A program made the translations under genes and the position numbers. From Acidimicrobiia bacterium (GTDB lineage: Bacteria > Actinomycetota > Acidimicrobiia > Spongiisociales > ZC4RG35): 64,000 bases of DNA. The stretch lies in the NCBI GenBank assembly GCA_965215185.1, contig OZ244034.1:224001-288000 (forward strand), in the 5' to 3' direction. The notes below the pieces were generated by a model. It had not been told where the DNA came from. It did not search any database and saw nothing but the letters and a program-made list of their open reading frames with translations. Each line of letters opens with the position of its first letter. The first letter of the stretch is position 1. Shown here one piece after another: positions 50,098-60,979 of the stretch.

Positions 50098-53000
50098 CTG
50101 ATCCAGGTCTCGTTGACGTACTCAACGAACTGGAGGCGCGCGAACTGCCCCTCCTCACCTGGGGTGTGACGAGTGGCGCATACGACGAGGACGAGATCCT
50201 CGGCTTGCTGGAATCGGCAAGGCCCGAGAAGGATCCCGAGGATCTCCTGGAACGCCTTCTCGCAACTGGATTCGTCTTCGAACGTGGTCTCACCGGGAAT
50301 CGATTTCGGACGCGCATGGCGGAGACAGTTCGCCTTGCGCGGCACTTGAGGCAGTGGTTCCACGGCCCCCGGAGCGACTGGCGAACAGCCAAGACGCTCG
50401 TCTCCGACATGCGCTTTCTTGCCCGACCACGTGTTGTTCCTGTCCGAGAAGTCAATGAGCATGAGTTGACGAGCCGTCTCAGCGCCGCTCTGAACGAGCG
50501 GTGGACGACGAGCCATGAGGCAACTCTGAAAGCAGTCCTCGGTGGGCGATTGGTGTCCGAGTTTCAGGCGAAATCAGCTGAGAGACTCCTGAGTTCGGTT
50601 GGCAACCGTGGCGGGACGTGCGTTACGGCCGGCACCGGAGCGGGCAAGACGCTGGCCTTCTACCTTCCCGCGCTGACTCATGCGCTCAGCGTGCCTGGGC
50701 CTCGGGGGATTCCCCGCATCGTGGCCATATACCCGCGTGTCGAGCTACTTCGTGACCAACTTCGCACCATCCTGAAGTTGGTCACGGACTTGGAGGCCCG
50801 TGATGCAGGACGCCTGCGAGTGGGTGTCCTCTACGGAGCGACCCCGCACCATCGGGCGGATGCGCAGCGGGACGTGCGCAAAGGGTGGCGCTCAACGGCG
50901 GATGGACTCACATCACCGATAGTCGATTCTTGCCTGAGGGAAGGGTGCTCCGGCGATCTCATTTGGCCGACCGGCGACGCGGAGGGCCGCCTTCTTCGGT
51001 GCGTCAGATGCGGGTCCGAATTGGAGTCGCTCGTGTTCTCTCGCCGGACGCTGACCTCCCAACCCCCAGAGATACTCTTCACGACAACAGAGATGGTGAA
51101 CCGGCTGCTCGGAATACCCCGCATGCGGCGATTGCTCGTCGGGGACTCGAGCAGTTCCCCAGACTTCGTTCTGCTCGATGAGATACACAGCTACTCCGGA
51201 ACCCACGGCGCGCAGGTAGCTCATCTGATTCGCCGATGGCGCGGTGAGATGGTGTCCCCGAGCCATGTGGTCGGGCTGTCCGCGACGCTTGCCGACCCCA
51301 AGGGGTTCTTCTCCCAACTGATAGGAGCAGGCACCGGGAACGTCGCGGTGGTCGCTCCGAACGACGCAGAGATGCGCGAGTCTGGTCGGGAGTACTTCAT
51401 GGCACTCCGTGGAGACCCCGCCTCGCAGACTTCCCTTCTCTCGACAACTATCCAAACGGCGATGCTGATGCGTCGCATGCTTGATCGCGAGCCCGGTATA
51501 CCGAGCGGCGGGACGTTCGGGACCCGTCTCTTTGCATTCACGGACAAACTCGACGTGGTCAACCGGCTCCACTCCCAACTACAAGATGCCGAAGGCTGGC
51601 AGCCAGGGGGAGTGGACCGTAAGCGAGAGGGAAGCCTGGCAGTCCTTCGGGCCTCCGGTGCCGACAACGGTCCCCGAGACGACGTCGGTCAACTCTGGGA
51701 CGCCGCCGAGGAGTTGGGCACGCTGACCCGCCGAGTAGTTGTTGACCGGACAACATCGCAGGACGCTGGCATCGGCAGTTCCAGTGACGTGGTTGTCGCC
51801 ACCGCCTCCCTGGAAGTGGGATTCGACGATCCAAACGTCGGCGCAGTGCTCCAGCACAAGGCTCCGCGCGACGCGGCGCAGTTCCTTCAGCGTCGCGGTC
51901 GAGCAGGTCGCAATCCAGCGATGCGGCCCTGGACAGCCGTGGTCCTGTCTGACTACGGGCGAGACCGCCTCGCATTCCAGGCCTACGAGGCGCTGTTCGA
52001 CCCCAAGGTTCAACCCGCCCACTTGCCGATCAGGAATCGGGTCATCCTCAAGATGCAGGCCACGTGGTGGCTGGTCGACTACCTCACGCGAGCATCGGGT
52101 GGAACACCGCTGCGATCCGTGCTCGCGTCGCGGTGGCTCCGCAACCCTGACCGCCAGGTCCGTGCAGCACGCGATGCGTTGGTCGCTGCCAGGAACCTGC
52201 TAACCGACGAAGGGCTTGGCAAACTCGAGAGCGGGCTCAAGTGGTCGCTCCGAATCAGCGAGGACGACGCGCGATCGGTTCTCTTCGACCATCCGCGTGC
52301 CATTGCGACGACAGTCCTGCCGACGATCATCCGGCGGCTCGAAGGCGTAGTTGGCCAACACAAATTGCCTAGCCACTTTCGATGGAGCGATCCTCTCCTT
52401 GACTTCGTTCCGAGTTCGCTCTTTGCCCCACTGCAGACCCCTGAGGTGCGGGTCGAACTTCCCCTCGCTGGGCAATTCCAACCCGAGCCTCACACTGAGC
52501 CGATCGCACAGTCGATGCGCGAGTTTGCGCCCGGAAGGGTCAGCTACAGGTTCGCGCTCCGAGGTAAACGCGAGCGCATGTGGGTCAACCCGCCAGCGTC
52601 AACGGAACCAAACCTCGACCTCGAAACCTTCTGCTCGGACTATCTGCAGTTGACGCGTCCACCTGGGTTACAGGAGCCCGTGGTCCAACCCCGTTCGATT
52701 CAGTTGTCGCGTCCCACTACGCGAGTGCCCGACTCGTCGTACGGCAGATGGAACTGGGAGGTGTTCTTCCGAGTCAACGGCGTGCCGGCCGAGTTGGACG
52801 TTCCGTCCGGCAGTCCATGGACGAAGTGGGTTCGATCAGTCGCTGTGATGACGCACCACGTCCGAGCACCTCTAACCGTCTGGCGGATAGCACGGACTGC
52901 GGAGGTCGAACGACAAGTCTCGTCCGAGCCGTCAACAACGCAACACCGCGTGCGCCTCGCAGGAAGCAACGCCGCGATCGGATTCGCGATGGAGGTCGAC

Positions 53001-54449
53001 GGACTCCGGATCGACGTGTCGCTACCGGAGCAAGTGCCTTCCCAAACCGGGACCAAACTCGATCGCGCTCTGCGCACCACCTACTTTGAGCATCTTGTCC
53101 TCACCGACTCAACGCTAGCACGACTTCCGTCCTCATTCCTTCGCGAATGGATGGCGCAACTCTCTCTGTGCGCTGTGGTGATGGCCTCTGTTGACGCCGG
53201 ATCAGACCTCGCTGAACTCTCCGACGCAGGTCTGTCAGCGGGGATGGTCCAGGCCGCTCGAGCAGTATTCGGCGCCGAAGGGCCGTCAGATGACCCAACT
53301 GTGCCAATCCACGACCCTGGCCTGGTCACTGACGTGGAGGGCGCTCTCCACGACGGGGAGATCGTGACCGCACTCCAACGATGCCTGGCGAATCTGCGCG
53401 GGCCACTGCCAGCAGAGTCACTCACATGGGTGCACGAGCGCTACGCATCTACGGTTGCGGCTGGGTTCATCGGAGCCATGCAGGCAATGTGCCCCGACCT
53501 CGATGTCGACGATCTGCGAGCGGACTTCGAACTCCGGTCGTCGGATGACGACGAGCCGTTCGCTCGGATCACGATTTCAGAGGATCAACCCGGAGGGACC
53601 GGCGTAGTGGAGACAGCGGTGGAGCGGATAGTCCAGGACCCACGGGCGTTCTGGTCTGTAGTGACGAGCGTCCTCGGCCCATGCGATGGCGAACGCATCG
53701 ACGAGGCGCTTCGACGTTTCTTAGGAGACCGCGCCGATGGACGCCTCGCCCGCGAGGTTGACCAAGTTCGAGCGTCATCGACTCTCGCCGCCACGACGAT
53801 GGCATGGGCGTCGCTTCGGGAGAGGATGTTCCGAAGCGGGATGGATGCGGATCCGACAGTGATCAGCGCACTGGCGACCCGACTTCTCCGGCCAGGCAGT
53901 GACGCGACCGTCGAGCAACTGTGTCGGGACCTGCTCGGCCGCTGGGACGCGCTGGAGGACAATCTTGGACTTGAAGTGGATCTCCGCGTGTTTGCCTACA
54001 TCGCGGCTCGACATGACGAGACTCGTCGGTCTCTGGCCGCCATCACGTCTTGGACCAACCAGGATTCAGAGTGGCTCGTCGGGCAGATCGTGGGGTTGCT
54101 CTGGTCCCGCGGGAGCAAACTCCGTGCAACGAGCCTCGAGAATTACAACCCGTACTGTCAGGCGCCGAACACCGAGCGTCTGCTCGTCGAGCCCATCACA
54201 CGAGCACCAATCACCACCGTGCAGTACGGCACCGCCGGCTGGAGGACCAACCTCGATGACCAGTTGAGCCTCGACGGCATCGCTCAGATCGCATGCTCAG
54301 ACGAGGCGGAAGCAGTGCACGCCCTGCGTCAATTAATGACAGTGCCGACTGTAGTTGGAGTTTTGGAGTTTCATCCCCGGGTGGTTGGCGTGGAGCGGCC
54401 GAACGCCGAAATCACACTGACTGTGGACATCCGAGAGGCACAACAGTGA
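50094..54449 (+). CDS. dpdJ: DEAD/H-box helicase DpdJ
   Basis: GTGAGKTLAFYLP, DEIHSYSG, GLSATL, ATASLEVGFDD, FLQRRGRAGR. Confidence 0.9.
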   Translation: MTDPGLVDVLNELEARELPLLTWGVTSGAYDEDEILGLLESARPEKDPEDLLERLLATGFVFERGLTGNRFRTRMAETVRLARHLRQWFHGPRSDWRTAKTLVSDMRFLARPRVVPVREVNEHELTSRLSAALNERWTTSHEATLKAVLGGRLVSEFQAKSAERLLSSVGNRGGTCVTAGTGAGKTLAFYLPALTHALSVPGPRGIPRIVAIYPRVELLRDQLRTILKLVTDLEARDAGRLRVGVLYGATPHHRADAQRDVRKGWRSTADGLTSPIVDSCLREGCSGDLIWPTGDAEGRLLRCVRCGSELESLVFSRRTLTSQPPEILFTTTEMVNRLLGIPRMRRLLVGDSSSSPDFVLLDEIHSYSGTHGAQVAHLIRRWRGEMVSPSHVVGLSATLADPKGFFSQLIGAGTGNVAVVAPNDAEMRESGREYFMALRGDPASQTSLLSTTIQTAMLMRRMLDREPGIPSGGTFGTRLFAFTDKLDVVNRLHSQLQDAEGWQPGGVDRKREGSLAVLRASGADNGPRDDVGQLWDAAEELGTLTRRVVVDRTTSQDAGIGSSSDVVVATASLEVGFDDPNVGAVLQHKAPRDAAQFLQRRGRAGRNPAMRPWTAVVLSDYGRDRLAFQAYEALFDPKVQPAHLPIRNRVILKMQATWWLVDYLTRASGGTPLRSVLASRWLRNPDRQVRAARDALVAARNLLTDEGLGKLESGLKWSLRISEDDARSVLFDHPRAIATTVLPTIIRRLEGVVGQHKLPSHFRWSDPLLDFVPSSLFAPLQTPEVRVELPLAGQFQPEPHTEPIAQSMREFAPGRVSYRFALRGKRERMWVNPPASTEPNLDLETFCSDYLQLTRPPGLQEPVVQPRSIQLSRPTTRVPDSSYGRWNWEVFFRVNGVPAELDVPSGSPWTKWVRSVAVMTHHVRAPLTVWRIARTAEVERQVSSEPSTTQHRVRLAGSNAAIGFAMEVDGLRIDVSLPEQVPSQTGTKLDRALRTTYFEHLVLTDSTLARLPSSFLREWMAQLSLCAVVMASVDAGSDLAELSDAGLSAGMVQAARAVFGAEGPSDDPTVPIHDPGLVTDVEGALHDGEIVTALQRCLANLRGPLPAESLTWVHERYASTVAAGFIGAMQAMCPDLDVDDLRADFELRSSDDDEPFARITISEDQPGGTGVVETAVERIVQDPRAFWSVVTSVLGPCDGERIDEALRRFLGDRADGRLAREVDQVRASSTLAATTMAWASLRERMFRSGMDADPTVISALATRLLRPGSDATVEQLCRDLLGRWDALEDNLGLEVDLRVFAYIAARHDETRRSLAAITSWTNQDSEWLVGQIVGLLWSRGSKLRATSLENYNPYCQAPNTERLLVEPITRAPITTVQYGTAGWRTNLDDQLSLDGIAQIACSDEAEAVHALRQLMTVPTVVGVLEFHPRVVGVERPNAEITLTVDIREAQQ

Positions 54450-54973
54450 CAACTCGAAGCCTCCGTACGAAGGCCTTCGCTTCTCGCGTGGAGTTGGCGG
54501 ATGCACTGCAGTGTTTGTTCGTCTCCGAGGTTCTTGTGCCCAGCACGCCTCTTTGGATCGTTACGCCGTGGATCTCTGATGTTCCGATCGTCGATAACCG
54601 AGCGGGCCGATTCAAAGGGTTGGTCCCGGCGCTCCCAGAACGCTGGATTCGACTTGGCGAGATTATCGAACAGCAGTTGGTTCGGGGTGGATCCCTAGTG
54701 GTCGCCTGTCGCCCCGACGACCACAACCGATCCTTCACCGACCAGATCCAGCGGAGAGGTAGGGAGATCGGTCGTGAACAGCGCGTGCGCGTCAGATTGT
54801 CTCCCGAACTGCACGAGAAGGGGATCCTGTCTGCAACCGCCTTTATCAGCGGGTCGATGAACATGACCTACAACGGGCTGCGAAAACTTGAGGAAGTAAT
54901 TCATCTCACGGATGAGAGCGACGCGGTGGCACGCGCGCGGGCTGCTTATCAAGACAGGTGGGGCGAGCCATGA
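54446..54973 (+). CDS. dpdK: Phospholipase D-like nuclease DpdK
   Basis: WIVTPWISDVPIVDNR, LHEKG, GSMNMTYNG; GTGA overlap with dpdJ. Confidence 0.88.
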   Translation: MTTRSLRTKAFASRVELADALQCLFVSEVLVPSTPLWIVTPWISDVPIVDNRAGRFKGLVPALPERWIRLGEIIEQQLVRGGSLVVACRPDDHNRSFTDQIQRRGREIGREQRVRVRLSPELHEKGILSATAFISGSMNMTYNGLRKLEEVIHLTDESDAVARARAAYQDRWGEP

Positions 54974-57153
54974 GGGATATCGACCCTCGCGTGAGCACGC
55001 TCTACGACGCGCCCAACGAGATAGATATCAGTTCCCTTGGCGGGGAGGCTGCAGATCTAATCCAGGTTCTCCTGGGCCGGTTCGTGGAGGGCAAGCGGAC
55101 ATTGCTTCCGGCCAGAGTCAACAATTCGACGAGGTGGTACGGGATCGCCGGGTCTGATCGTGACGGCCGGCTTCTGACAGAGGAGATGGCCTCGTGGCTC
55201 GGTTCTCCCCTGTGCGACCGGACAACTGTCGTCGAGAAGCCCGAGGATGTGGTTGATGAAAGGGCAGCACTGCTGACCAGCAACGGGATCCTCTTGCGGA
55301 CGCGTGTTACGGCCGGCTGGCAGGGCGAAGCGCGCGAGAACGTTCGCTCATTGGTCGATGTGTGGACGTTCACCCCGGAGCGCGCTCATGACGCGCCGCG
55401 ACCCGTTGGCAGAGTCCTACGGCACTTCTACGAAGGGATCGCGGCGAGAGATCGAGCCTCGGCGACGGATGCACTCGAGGAGATCCGCGCAGGTGGCTTG
55501 CTGTCGGCGACGAACATCAGGTTCCTCCGTGTCGAACTGCTTGCTCGCCTCGGGACGCCAGAAGAACTCCGGAGCGACCCCCTCCTCGCGGACATCGCGC
55601 TGGTGAGGCGACCCCCGGCCGTCAGCGATCATCTCGCTCGTGCCGCCGATGCCCTCTATGTCCCTCCGAGCGCGGAGAAATCAGGGCGCGACAACTGGCG
55701 GTCAATGGCGTCGGACATTGAGCAGGGGTGGCCTGGGCTAGTAGCGCACCCGAGTCAGATTCGGTCTGTACATGGCGCGAGGTGCCTCGCTCTGACCGAA
55801 CTCCTCGCTGAGCTTCCAAGGAGCGGGGTGATCGACGCCCTTCGATCGAACTGGAATGAGGACGTCTTGGTGGCAGGCGTTGTGGCTGCCCTCGAATCCG
55901 AGTCGAAGCGAGTCCCCGGGGAGGCTGGAGTTCCAGACGGTATCTCCGCGGTCCGGGGTCACTACCAGCGTGGGGAGTTCGAACTGGCACTCGATGCCGC
56001 CGAGCGGGTGAAGCCAGATCGAGGCGTGGCGACCGCGGTCATGCATGCCGCGCTCAATCTGGGCGATGCCGTCGCCGCGGCGCGTGCGGTCGCCCTTGTC
56101 GATCGACTGCCGGAACTCGACCGCGACGCGCTGCTCTCGCAAGCTGTTGGCGGCGTGTTCTACACACAGTTGGTCGATCGCAATCAGGGCACTCAGGTTC
56201 CCGACGGCTGGATCGACTGGCTGCGTGGCGAATGGCCCGACCGTCCAGACCTTCTCAACGACTGGTCTTCAACTTGGGGGAGTGACGATCCCGTAGCGGA
56301 TGAGGCGGCCGACGTGCTCGCTGGCGAACTGCTCGATGCCCTGAACGACAATCGTCGGGGCCGCGTGCGGAATGGTCTTCCAGCCCTGGTGCGGTGGCTC
56401 GTGACAGAGGACGGTCTTCTGCCATCGTCCATGCCGCTGGCCGTCACGATCTTGGACATCATGCTTGGCAGCGATCCCGGTCGAGCGGAGAGGAGCGCCG
56501 CTCTCGACCTGCTCGGCGAGGTCCTTCTCACGGGTTGCTCACTTGACGAGTATCGGACCGCCGTAGCCGCTCTGAGCGACCAACTGGTCCGCCTTGGCCC
56601 ACGCGAGGTCGACTGGTTGACAGGGATGTTGGACCTTCAGTTGCTCAGTACCGTCCCAGATACCCGCTTGCGCGACGAGTTGTTTGCCAATGCACTCGGC
56701 GTTGTGGTCTCCTGGTTCGGGCGGATCGAAGATACCGAAGCGATCGTGCTGCGGAAACTGTTCATGGACGTAGGCATCGACTTGGACCCGCCGCTGACAG
56801 ATCACCCTGACCCCCAAACCTCTCGAAGGATCAAGACTTTCAAGCGCGTTGGGATCTATTCGTTGGCAGAGTCTGCAGCCAACAAGGCCGCACACTGGAT
56901 CCGTGATGAGTGGCCCAGCGTTGAAGTGCGGCTATCGCACGCTCACTCGAACAACTCTGAGTTGGATGGTCTCGTGCGCAGTTCGGACGTCGTCCTTATG
57001 CAAACGAGCCATGCGAAGCACGCAGCCACCATCGCGATCGAGCGCTCGATCGAGACAACGCGTCTGGTGCGTGTGAACGGACGTGGTGCCACGTCCCTCT
57101 TTCGCGGTCTGCTGGAATGGGCTACGATCGGTCGCCGCCGCGCATGGTCATGA
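54970..57153 (+). CDS. dpdD: DpdD
   Basis: LLSATNIRFLRV, DGWIDW, C-terminal VGIYSLAESA..AKHAAT..GRGATSL; ATGA overlap. Confidence 0.85.
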   Translation: MRDIDPRVSTLYDAPNEIDISSLGGEAADLIQVLLGRFVEGKRTLLPARVNNSTRWYGIAGSDRDGRLLTEEMASWLGSPLCDRTTVVEKPEDVVDERAALLTSNGILLRTRVTAGWQGEARENVRSLVDVWTFTPERAHDAPRPVGRVLRHFYEGIAARDRASATDALEEIRAGGLLSATNIRFLRVELLARLGTPEELRSDPLLADIALVRRPPAVSDHLARAADALYVPPSAEKSGRDNWRSMASDIEQGWPGLVAHPSQIRSVHGARCLALTELLAELPRSGVIDALRSNWNEDVLVAGVVAALESESKRVPGEAGVPDGISAVRGHYQRGEFELALDAAERVKPDRGVATAVMHAALNLGDAVAAARAVALVDRLPELDRDALLSQAVGGVFYTQLVDRNQGTQVPDGWIDWLRGEWPDRPDLLNDWSSTWGSDDPVADEAADVLAGELLDALNDNRRGRVRNGLPALVRWLVTEDGLLPSSMPLAVTILDIMLGSDPGRAERSAALDLLGEVLLTGCSLDEYRTAVAALSDQLVRLGPREVDWLTGMLDLQLLSTVPDTRLRDELFANALGVVVSWFGRIEDTEAIVLRKLFMDVGIDLDPPLTDHPDPQTSRRIKTFKRVGIYSLAESAANKAAHWIRDEWPSVEVRLSHAHSNNSELDGLVRSSDVVLMQTSHAKHAATIAIERSIETTRLVRVNGRGATSLFRGLLEWATIGRRRAWS

Positions 57154-57900
57154 CTAGGCGCACCACTTCCCAGTCTCGATCACTGAAATCCACTCATGGT
57201 GGGTGTGCCCCGCTTCTTAGGGGAACTCGACCTGTCAGTTCGGCTTCTTCTCGGTGAACGCAGGCCAAATCATGTTGTGAGCAGGCGGATCGTTCTGGCT
57301 AGGCTCGAGATCACTGGCGCTGTATTTGCTGGAATCGATGAGGGTCAGGTGAGCCTCCGCAGCATCTGAGAGTGACCATCGCGCGACCGCGATCGACCAG
57401 AGCGGTTCGATCAGCACACAGGTCATATCCCGGATCTTGCTGGTCTCACCGAACCTGATACATTGTGTCTCGACAGTCCAGTACGCATGTTCTCGGTTTC
57501 ACTTGACCCGACGGGCTGCTCTTGACAGTTGGTGTGGGTAGGAAAGCGATGCTCGGACCGTGGCCGATGTCCACAAGATCCTCGCCGACCGGCCGACGCT
57601 ATACACAGCGTTGCTCTGCGTTACAAGTGGGTCAGAGGTCTTCTATTGGGTCGGGGGCCTGGCCAGTTCATTGAGTTCTTAGAAGACATTGGATCATCCA
57701 CACCTGGACAGGGGTCAGTTTGATCCTGACCTGGCACAGCAGTGACAGGCATTCCGCCACCAAATGCTGGAAAGAGACCGATCCTGCCGATCCAACAACG
57801 AACCCTCACAAGGGTGTTTTACGAACAGCGGCCGCTCTTTGGTAACTGAAGATCAGGCGGTTGCGAACAACAACGAGCCGTAGGGGGCATGCACATTCGA

Positions 57901-59055
57901 TCACGTTTCCAGGTAGTGAGCCCATTTTTTCATGACCGGTCGGCGTGCTTCGAGGAGGTCGCTTCTGGCGTAGGCGCCTTCTACGCCTCCCACGATGTGC
58001 GCCAGTGCTGCTTCTGCTATCTCGCGGGGCACTCCCGAGTCTCTACACCAGTCACGGAAGGATGATCGCATTCCGTGTGGAACGGCTTCGATCCCGTTTT
58101 CGCGGACCAGTTTGGAGATCGTTGAGTTGGATAGCGGCTTTCCTGTGGGTGATGGGAACACCAGCCCAGTTGCGTCTGTGAGGTGGGCAGCATTGTCGAT
58201 GATGTTCCGTGCCGGCCTGCTTAGGGGCACTCGATGCGGGCGACCGGTTTTGGTTCGTTCGCCGGGTATTTCCCATGTGTCCGTGGTGAGGTCGATCTCG
58301 TTCCATGTGGCGTTTCGGACTTCGCCGCTTCTGGTTGCTGTGAGAGTAAGGATTTTGAAGGCGGCGATGGTTGCCCAATGGGCGTTTGACGATTCGATGG
58401 TTTTGATGGCAGCGCCTACTTGGCTGTGGTGCAGGGCTCGCATGTGGTTGCGTTGGGTGCTGTTTTTGCCTAATCCGGCGAGAATGGCTGAGGTGGGATC
58501 CGACTCCAAGAAACCCTCTGCGATTGCCCATTTCATGATGGTGCCGGTTCGCTGTTGGACTCTTCGGGCTGTTTCGGGTTTGGTGTGCCATATGGGCGTG
58601 AGGCATTTCATGATGTCTTTGCTGGTGACCTCGTCGACCTGTTTGCGTCCGATGTGGGGGAACACATAGGTTTGCAGGCTTGATTCCCAGATGTTTCGGC
58701 TTCGGCTTCCCGGTCGCCATTTTCCGGAGTGCAGTTCGATCACTTTGGCGGCCGCTTGTTGGAAGGTGGGTGTTCGGCCTGATCGCGGGTTGTGGCCTTC
58801 TTCAACGGACTGCCGGTTCCTGAGGGCTCGTCTTCGGGCTTCGGCCAGTGTGACGGCGGGGTAGCTTCCTAGTCCCAGGTTGGTTTCCCGCCCGTTGATG
58901 CGGAGTCGCTGACTCCAGGTCTTCGACAATCGAACCTGGATGTTGGTGGTTTTGACCAGTAGACTCAGCCCATGGCCGCCTCTGCCGTCTCCGTATCGTC
59001 CTGGTTGCCGGACTGTCTTGACGAAGGAGGCCGACAGGGTTTTCGGTCTTTTCAC
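57901..59055 (-). CDS. P4-type tyrosine integrase with arm-binding domain (intact)
   Basis: YGDGRGGHGLSL, GLGSYPAVTLAEAR, TATRSGEV, HRVPLS, HGMRSSFRDW, LAH, AY. Confidence 0.95.
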   Translation of the reverse strand: MKRPKTLSASFVKTVRQPGRYGDGRGGHGLSLLVKTTNIQVRLSKTWSQRLRINGRETNLGLGSYPAVTLAEARRRALRNRQSVEEGHNPRSGRTPTFQQAAAKVIELHSGKWRPGSRSRNIWESSLQTYVFPHIGRKQVDEVTSKDIMKCLTPIWHTKPETARRVQQRTGTIMKWAIAEGFLESDPTSAILAGLGKNSTQRNHMRALHHSQVGAAIKTIESSNAHWATIAAFKILTLTATRSGEVRNATWNEIDLTTDTWEIPGERTKTGRPHRVPLSRPARNIIDNAAHLTDATGLVFPSPTGKPLSNSTISKLVRENGIEAVPHGMRSSFRDWCRDSGVPREIAEAALAHIVGGVEGAYARSDLLEARRPVMKKWAHYLET

Positions 59056-59502
59056 ATCTCTGTTTCCAATTGTTTCCTCTTAGGCTATCCGGGCGATTAT
59101 CAGTTGCTATCAGTATAGGGGTGGGTTCCTATGGTCGTCAGTGGAACACCATGAGAGGGCTAATCTGTGGCATGACCTGGGATGATAGGGATCTCATGGG
59201 TTTTCCCTGGCATCCCAGGTAAAGTGGACGTTGGTTGCCCGCACCTCCACTGCACCCACAGAGAACTATTACCTAGGCGGAATCAAGATGCGTGACTTGG
59301 CCCAAACGAAGTTGGCCACGGCCCTCTAGACAGGAGAGCCCTGTGACGGTTGCTTCGACGAATGGCAGTCCTCAGAGTGGAGATGCGATTTGAGGCGGTT
59401 GTGGGTTTCGGTTGGAGCTATGGCTGCTGTCCTTTCTTATTAGGGACTGTCCGGTGCTTGCCGCTAGCTCTTCGGTAATCTTGCCGCTGTCGATCCCACC
59501 GG

Positions 59503-60735
59503 ATGTTCCCCCACGGTGTTGAAGTTGAATTGGAGGACGACCCGAGGCCTAGGATTTCTGGTTTGGAGGTGAGACCGACAGTGACGGGCGACCCGGTTCC
59601 TTCCTATGAGGGCGACAATTTGGTGAATCTTCTAGCCGAGTTGGAGATCCGTCTCACCGGTCGGTCTCCGACCAGGGGGCTCCGCTCTGACCTGGCTGAC
59701 CTGATTCCCCACAAACGCAACTATGTGCTAGTGATCAACGACGGTCTTGGCGCACGGCAACTGGCTCATTCCGGTGCCGGTAGGTTACGCCGATTTCCAG
59801 CGGGCTGTTCTGAAGGCACCGTTTCCAACAACGACTGTGGTCGGTCTCTCTTCGGTAGCCACAGCAATGGCACCCATGCAACATGGACTGATCGGCTTCA
59901 CCCAATGGCTACCCGCCCTGCAAAGGGTGGTGAACATGATGTTCTGGGAAGACTTAGAAGGTAACCAGGTGGACTACGACCCGGCTGGTTTCCTTCCAAC
60001 TCCCAACCTTTGGGAACGCCTCACCGCCGCTGGGGTCAACGCCTTCATAGTCCGCCCATCACGCTTTCTGCACGACTCGCCTCTTAGCAACATGCTGTAC
60101 CGGGGAGCCCAACGACACGGATACTCGTCTCTGGCCGATATCAACCCGTCAGCATTGTTAAATGACACCACCCGCACCCTGGTGGTGGTCTACCTTTCAC
60201 CAGTGGACCGAGCCGCTCACCAGCATGGACAACAGTCGGTGGAACACCGCAAAGCACTGAAAGAAACCAGTCGCCTCTGGAAGCGCCTCACACGTTCTAT
60301 CCCGTCCGAGACCGCGCTGATCGGCACAGCTGACCACGGTCACTGCGACATCCCCCAAAACGGCAAGACAAGGCTAGGTACACATCTCACCCAAGGAGTC
60401 GTCTACTGGGGCGAGGGGCGAGTGCTCATGTTTCGTGGACCCACCGAACAGATATGCCGCATTGCTGAACAAACCGGTGCCCTGTACGTGGACCCTGATC
60501 GGCTCCGGGAGTGGCTAGGAGGAGGAGACCCCCACCCCGCTTTAGAGGAATTCCCGACCGCCGCGTTACTAGCGCCACGGGAGGAGGAGACCCCCACCCC
60601 GCTTTAGAGGAATTCCCGACCGCCGCGTTACTAGCGCCACCGGGCACTGTCATTCTCCACATTTATCCTCACGAGATCGGACATCACGGAGGGATCACCC
60701 CCCAAGAACTGCTCATCCCCCTAATCATTGCGTAA
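59503..60735 (+). pseudogene. Alkaline phosphatase / nucleotide pyrophosphatase-family gene with a frameshift and an internal duplication
   Basis: NDGLG, PFPTTT, DRAAH, TADHGH, GHHGG metal ligands split across frames. Confidence 0.8.
60518..60640 (+). repeat. Tandem duplication of a 61-bp unit (period 62)
   Basis: 60518-60578 = 60580-60640. Confidence 0.9.
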
Positions 60736-60979
60736 AGCCCAGCCTCGAACTGCTCGGAGGAGCGTTCTTCGATCTTGGTGGTTAGTTCCCGGCGTCGGGT
60801 TTGGGGTTCGTTCCCGATGCCGAAAACGATCGGTATGACGGATGCTCTGTGAAAGGTGTGGGCTTCAAAGCGACCTAGGATGGCTGCGGAGAAACACGGG
60901 GCCGGCAGCGGCGTCGCCTTCCGCCCACAAAGGGTAGCAATCGACACCCCACCCGTCTGGTGGGTGGATGCCTTTACCG

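Noticed and set aside
57235-57809. Short ORFs between dpdD and the integrase
   Set aside because: Look like gene fragments; no recognisable motif or RBS
57995-58720. Long alternative-frame ORFs over the integrases and other genes
   Set aside because: Shadow ORFs expected at high GC; they recur only because the integrase DNA is repeated
60518-60640. Two identical 61-bp units as a mini-CRISPR
   Set aside because: No spacer, too long, and inside a coding sequence
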